Shown here piece by piece: positions 59,605 through 64,000 of a DNA stretch of 64,000 nt (within the stretch, counting starts at the first letter, position 1; each line of letters begins with the position of its first letter). Position numbers and translations under genes: made by a program. The DNA is from Pyrodictiaceae archaeon (lineage in GTDB: Archaea > Thermoproteota > Thermoprotei_A > Sulfolobales > Pyrodictiaceae): positions 160,001 through 224,000 of the forward strand of contig JALVSY010000016.1 of the NCBI GenBank assembly GCA_027036135.1, written 5' to 3'. A model generated the notes under the pieces. It did no database searches, was not told the origin of the DNA, and saw only the letters and a list, made by a program, of their open reading frames with translations.

Positions 59605-59731
59605 TGGCGCCGGGGGCGGGATTTGAACCCGCGCGCCCCTTGCGGGGCAGTGGGTCTCCCGCTACCAACTGGGGAGCCGGAAAATACTCTGGTCTCGAGC
59701 CCACCGCCTTGGACCGCTCGGCCACCCCGGC
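59605..59731 (-). tRNA. tRNA-Ser(CGA) with 38-nt intron (59656-59693) at position 37/38
   Basis: Cloverleaf restored on intron removal; relaxed bulge-helix-bulge (CTCG/CGGG helix, AGA bulges). Confidence 0.9.
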
Positions 59732-59836
59732 GCCCAGAGGGTACTTTCGCCATTATAGTAACGTGTTGTACTGTTTTACTCACTTATTTTTTACTCGGCA
59801 AAGGGGGGATGGTGGTTATTCGTGTTTACAGGTAGG

Positions 59837-60763
59837 CTAGACGGGGACGTATACGGGGTTTTTGTCTGTAGCGTAATCCTTTATCGTTTCTAGTAACTCC
59901 CTTATTGGTTTTGGCAGGCTGAACATCCATGTATGTGTTTCCTCGTCGTAGAAGCGTAGACTAGTTCCTATTCTCTCTCTTAGCCGCTTGGCAACCTCCT
60001 CCCTGCTAAGCTCCTTAGGGCTTAGCTTATCCGAGCCAGTAACGAACCCCCAGAGCCCATTATAGCTCCTAACATATGTTACATACGGCGTGGTTATCCT
60101 GAATACCCTGGCTATACTATTTTTTACAACAGCGTATACGCGGGGCGTTAGTGTAGGCGAGGTTGCCTGAGTAACCATGATACCCTCTCCTCTTAGCACC
60201 TCTCTTACTTTCTCATAGAACTCAACTGTGTAGAGTTTAGTAGCAGGGCCACCCTCAGTGGGATCCACTAGATCCAGGATTACCACGTCGAAGTACTCGC
60301 CGCGCCTAGCAGCATTAGTTATGTACTCCCGGCCATCACCTATTACGAGCCTAACCCGCTTATCATTAAAGGAGCCCTGATGCCATTCTCCTAGATGCTT
60401 CTTAGCGAACTCGATAACATCCCTATCTATATCAACCATGACTACTTCTTCAACACTCCTATGTCTTAGTACCTCGCGTATTGTAGCCCCCTCACCGCCC
60501 CCCAGTACAAGTACTCTCCGTGGCCTCGGATGAGTTATCATAACTGGGTGAACAAGGGCCTCATGATACCAGTGCTCGTCGAGGAGACTACTCTGAACCT
60601 TGCCATCAATTACAAGTGACTTACCAAGCCCGCTAAGCTCAGCCACCATAACCTCTTGGAACCTAGTACGCTTCTCTGCCAAAACACTCACTATTTCGCG
60701 GAAACAGCCCTCTCCCTCACTAATCCACTCAACTACAAGCTTCCAAGGCAGCTTCATTGCCAA
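59837..60763 (-). CDS. speE: Polyamine aminopropyltransferase (spermidine synthase)
   Basis: YHEALVHP, LGGGEGA, VDID, DVVILDLVDP. Confidence 0.93.
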   Translation of the reverse strand: MAMKLPWKLVVEWISEGEGCFREIVSVLAEKRTRFQEVMVAELSGLGKSLVIDGKVQSSLLDEHWYHEALVHPVMITHPRPRRVLVLGGGEGATIREVLRHRSVEEVVMVDIDRDVIEFAKKHLGEWHQGSFNDKRVRLVIGDGREYITNAARRGEYFDVVILDLVDPTEGGPATKLYTVEFYEKVREVLRGEGIMVTQATSPTLTPRVYAVVKNSIARVFRITTPYVTYVRSYNGLWGFVTGSDKLSPKELSREEVAKRLRERIGTSLRFYDEETHTWMFSLPKPIRELLETIKDYATDKNPVYVPV

Positions 60764-60841
60764 TAACGACCTCTCCACAAAATCTACGAAAACCAAAAGA
60801 AGGGGGTTAAAATGAGCCAAGCCCCGTCACTGATAACGAGA

Positions 60842-60906
60842 GTGGCTCGGACGCGCGGGTTCTCCTCATCCCCCTATCAGGCGGTGGATCACTCCACACA
60901 GCCCAC
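60842..60906 (-). ncRNA. Possible C/D box sRNA
   Basis: D' CTGA, C' GGATGA, D CCGA, terminal GTGG/CCAC stem; C box is poor. Confidence 0.35.
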
Positions 60907-60971
60907 ATACTCCATATAATGGTCTTAAGACAGCAACATGAAGGGGTATTTTAAGGAAGCGAGAAGAGGAT

Positions 60972-61265
60972 ATGCCAGAGGGCATTTACTACAAGGAAAA
61001 GAGGGTATGTGTTAGGGTAGAGAATGCAGGAACTGAGCTAAGGATGGGTAGCACTTGCTTTAGGGCAGTGACACTTGAGAGAGCAATAGCTCAAGCTCAG
61101 CACAGTCCCGATGTAGCCAAAATGGATTGCAAGGGTTGTGAATACTCGATACTGACGACGCCATGTGGCATGTTGAGAGGAGTAAGCAACTGGCTAATAG
61201 AAATACATGGAGCTGAGACTCTAGTAGTAGACCGTATGCTGAGTGCGGCTTTGCACACAGGGTAA
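60972..61265 (+). pseudogene. FkbM-family methyltransferase C-terminal fragment
   Basis: VAKMDCKGCEY and WLIEIHG present; SAM-binding N-terminus absent. Confidence 0.6.
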
Positions 61266-61357
61266 TGAAACGGTTCAACAGCCTCGTGTCATTGATTCTC
61301 TTTCACCTAGCCTAGCCCCAGGGCTCTCCGCATTGTTACTGCCCCTGGGGCGCTTCT

Positions 61358-61843
61358 GTGCCTCACAGGAAGAGGAGCAACCCACGGCTAAGATGGAGAA
61401 AGAAGTACGAGGCGCTCCTAGGCATAGAGAATGCCGCCCAGGAGCTGGGAGAGTACCTTATCCACTACATTGACCGAGCGCTTGGTCTCCTCGCTAGCGG
61501 CGAGCATAAGAGGGCTAAGAGGCTCGCTAAGAGGGCTCTGCGCAGAGGCCACGCAAGCCTAGTCGGGGTCAGAAGGGATAAGAAGGGATTGGCGCAGCTC
61601 GTAGACCACCTCGTAGTCAATGGCAGGGGCGGGATAAGACACTACGGCATCCACGGCGCACGGGGCTGGAGCCCCGAACATCCCGATGAAGTCCAATTTA
61701 AGAACAAGCGGGGAGAAGACCTAGAATGGGAAGAAATAGGCGAGGTAGAGAAAGAGGGCAGGCTCTGGCCAGAGAGAACGAGGCGCTGGAAACGGGCAGG
61801 CAGGAAGAGCAACCCTAATAAGAAGAGACGTAGCTACTCCTAG
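61358..61843 (+). CDS. Basic hypothetical protein
   Basis: 161 aa, K/R rich; RKRSNP at N-terminus and RKSNP at C-terminus. Confidence 0.5.
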   Translation: MPHRKRSNPRLRWRKKYEALLGIENAAQELGEYLIHYIDRALGLLASGEHKRAKRLAKRALRRGHASLVGVRRDKKGLAQLVDHLVVNGRGGIRHYGIHGARGWSPEHPDEVQFKNKRGEDLEWEEIGEVEKEGRLWPERTRRWKRAGRKSNPNKKRRSYS

Positions 61844-62031
61844 CTCGGTGGAGAGCCCCGCGGGCGAATGACGCCGCCGGGTGGCGGGGAGCCACTGCGG
61901 GGCGAATGATCCGAGGCCTTGTTCTCCCATAAGCACTTATTACTAGTGTTCTCCGGGATTATCCCCCTCGGAGAGCCCGGGGGGATGTGCGCCGAGGAGC
62001 GGCTGAACCCCGCCGACGGCGAATGACCCGC
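61844..62031 (+). ncRNA. Putative structured RNA with kink-turn-like loops
   Basis: GGCGAATGA x3, GGAGAGCCC x2, nested GC stems. Confidence 0.4.
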
Positions 62032-62141
62032 ATGCTTTCTTCTCCTTGCTTGGTTCTAGTCTTGCCTGTTTCTCCGCACATTGCTTACTTGGTCTTTCTT
62101 GGATGCTTCTATTCCGTGTCTAGCAGGCATAGGGGATTTGT

Positions 62142-62403
62142 ATGAGTACAAGTATAGCGATCAGCCATGGTTATACAGAGTGGCTGAGAGACGTGGACAA
62201 GGAGACAGCTAGGCTGATAGTGCTTTGGGCAATCCAGCTCTACGGGCCCAAGAAGCTAGGCATAACGCGCTCATACGCGCACCAGCTCCGCCGAGGAGAA
62301 CGACAACCCAGCCAAGAGCTCCTAAACCGAGCACTAGAAACAATGACAGCAAAAGACTTATTGCAACTCGTAAGAATACTCGGAGACTACCATGGAGAGT
62401 GCT
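62142..62403 (+). pseudogene. HTH-containing ORF reading into tRNA-Val (possible orphan Int(N) fragment)
   Basis: KKLGITRSYAHQLRRGERQPS HTH; frame stays open through the tRNA. Confidence 0.45.
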
Positions 62404-62481
62404 GGGCCCGTCGTCTAGCCTGGTTAGGACGCCGCCCTCACACGGCGGAGGTCCGGGGTTCAAATCCCCGCGGGCCCACCA
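62404..62481 (+). tRNA. tRNA-Val(CAC)
   Basis: Cloverleaf, CT-CAC-AC loop, CCA. Confidence 0.96.
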
Positions 62482-62623
62482 TTCCTCTAAGTAATTCCTA
62501 CATGCCTCGTCCTTGGAGGAAATGTTCCGGGCACAAAGCATATATAGGGTCTTCGTGGCAAAAGCGCCTCTGGCCGAATCCTTGCCTAGAAGGAGGCCGA
62601 GAAGAGAACTCGGGGGAACAGCG

Positions 62624-62920
62624 TTGAAGTTCTGCCCGCGATGCGGCGGCTTAATGATACCAGTAGGCAAGCAAGGAGACAAAATTATACTCAAGTGTAC
62701 AAGATGCGGCTACGTAGAGGTCGTTGATAGTAAGCAGCTCAAGGATTATACGCTAAAGGAGGAGACACCTGCTGAGGAGCGAACGATAACAACGCTGAAA
62801 GTCAGTGAAGCTAAGAAGAAGCCGCCTAAATCGCTTGAGGAGTGGGAGCAGGAGCGAGAGGAGTACCGAGAAGTATTGCAGGAACTGCTGCAAGAAGAGC
62901 TTGAAGGCGGTGAAGAATAG
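62624..62920 (+). CDS. TFS/RpoM-like zinc-ribbon protein with acidic tail
   Basis: TTG start; KFCPRCGGLM...KCTRCGY; no second zinc ribbon. Confidence 0.8.
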   Translation: MKFCPRCGGLMIPVGKQGDKIILKCTRCGYVEVVDSKQLKDYTLKEETPAEERTITTLKVSEAKKKPPKSLEEWEQEREEYREVLQELLQEELEGGEE

Positions 62921-63046
62921 CATACAACGATAGTAGGTGTATGCATTCAATTGCATGTTACTAGCCGAATAATACCTGGCTTCCTGCCTATTTTGATAAA
63001 GACTTTAGACCCGTATTCTTGGCAGTAAATAGTTAATGGTGTTGGT

Positions 63047-63134
63047 GCGGGGGTGCCCGAGCCAGGTCGAAGGGGGCGGGCTTAAGACCCGCTGGCGTAG
63101 GCCGGCGTGGGTTCAAATCCCACCCCCCGCACCA
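63047..63134 (+). tRNA. tRNA-Leu(TAA)
   Basis: 88-nt cloverleaf, CT-TAA-GA loop, CCA. Confidence 0.96.
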
Positions 63135-63283
63135 ATAACTTAACCATCAAATACGTTTGCTCATTTATCTAACCTCTCGATACATATCTATTCCTGGCTG
63201 CTATTCATAATGCTTAAATAGTGTGCTGTACTGCTAGCCTTTCCCATAGATTTCTTCTATAGTTGCAGTCTCTTGAGGGAGCC

Positions 63284-64000
63284 GTGGTGCAGGTTGAGAG
63301 AAGGATAGGGTTTCGTGAAGCCTTTAGCATTGGAGTCGGGGGCATGATTGGTGGCGGGATATTCGCGGTCCTGGGTCTCAGTCTAGAGCTTGCTGGGGCG
63401 GCAGCCCCGGTAGCCTTTCTCTTGGCAGGCATCATAGCTCTAGTGACCGCATATTCCTATGCTAAGCTTTCCTTGCGTTTTCCTAGTCGCGGTGGTACTG
63501 TTGAGTTCCTTGTACAGGGTTTCGGCACGGGGGTTCTCTCGGGCGGGTTAAACGTGCTCTTACTTGCCAGCTATGTTGTAATGATATCGCTGTATGCCTA
63601 TGCTTTTGGAAGCTATGGCGCGAGCACCGTTCATGGCGGCTGGCTTGTATCACATATTCTTGCGAGCCTAGCAATACTCGCATTTACTATTGTTAATGCC
63701 TTTGGTGCCTACGTGAGTGGGAGTGTTGAGGACGCTCTTGTCTTCTTCAAGCTAAGCGTACTAGTACTAGTAGCGGCGATAGGGCTGCCGCTTGTGGAGT
63801 GGGCAAAGTTCTCGCCGAGCCACTGGCCCTCGTCGCTGAACATACTAGTTGGTGGCTTGATAATATTCCTGGCATACGAGGGCTTCGAGCTAATAGCGAA
63901 CGCGGCAGCCGATGTTGAGTCGCCCAGGGTCCTGCCAAGGGCGTTCTATGCATCAGTGATCGTCGTTATCACCGTGTATGTGGTCATAGCTTTGGTTTCA
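63284..64000 (+). CDS. APC-family amino acid permease (partial)
   Basis: GVGGMIGGGIFAVLG, YSYAKL, FLAYEGFELIAN; open to the window end. Confidence 0.9.
   Translation, partial: MVQVERRIGFREAFSIGVGGMIGGGIFAVLGLSLELAGAAAPVAFLLAGIIALVTAYSYAKLSLRFPSRGGTVEFLVQGFGTGVLSGGLNVLLLASYVVMISLYAYAFGSYGASTVHGGWLVSHILASLAILAFTIVNAFGAYVSGSVEDALVFFKLSVLVLVAAIGLPLVEWAKFSPSHWPSSLNILVGGLIIFLAYEGFELIANAAADVESPRVLPRAFYASVIVVITVYVVIALVS

Noticed and set aside
59565-59840. Short ORFs over tRNA-Ser, and similar ORFs over tRNA-Gly and tRNA-Val
   Set aside because: Shadows of GC-rich tRNA genes
63047-63134. Near-identical inverted copy of the provirus att sequence
   Set aside because: It is a complete paralogous tRNA-Leu(TAA), not an element boundary

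Overview
Hyperthermophilic crenarchaeal chromosome segment; gene order and codon style suggest Desulfurococcales/Pyrodictiaceae (inference). Bases 1-28.9 kb are mostly minus-strand housekeeping genes: membrane arm of a complex I-like enzyme, riboflavin synthesis, RNase P proteins, YchF, Ndk, isoprenoid cluster, GluRS, the S13-S4-S11-RpoD-L18e-L13-S9-RpoN-S2 cluster, tRNA-Phe and tRNA-Gly. Two integrated elements follow. (i) An ~11.2 kb island in tRNA-Gly(TCC) (28933-40175) with a decayed integrase and a DISARM-like set: DNA methyltransferase, unknown protein, SF2 helicase, DUF1998-like protein, PLD nuclease. (ii) A 16.9 kb apparently intact provirus in tRNA-Leu(GAG) (72-bp att repeats, split SSV1-type integrase). 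It encodes a 1127-aa surface protein that looks like a signal-peptidase-processed polyprotein, a secreted trypsin-like protease, a TGT/DpdA-like protein, a DUF3800 protein followed by a two-hairpin element, an AAA+ ATPase and a 20-aa protamine-like peptide. The right end has intron-containing tRNA-Ser, spermidine synthase, remnants of a possible third element, tRNA-Val, a TFS/RpoM paralog, tRNA-Leu(TAA) and a partial APC permease. All family calls come from motif recognition by eye; no database searches were run.
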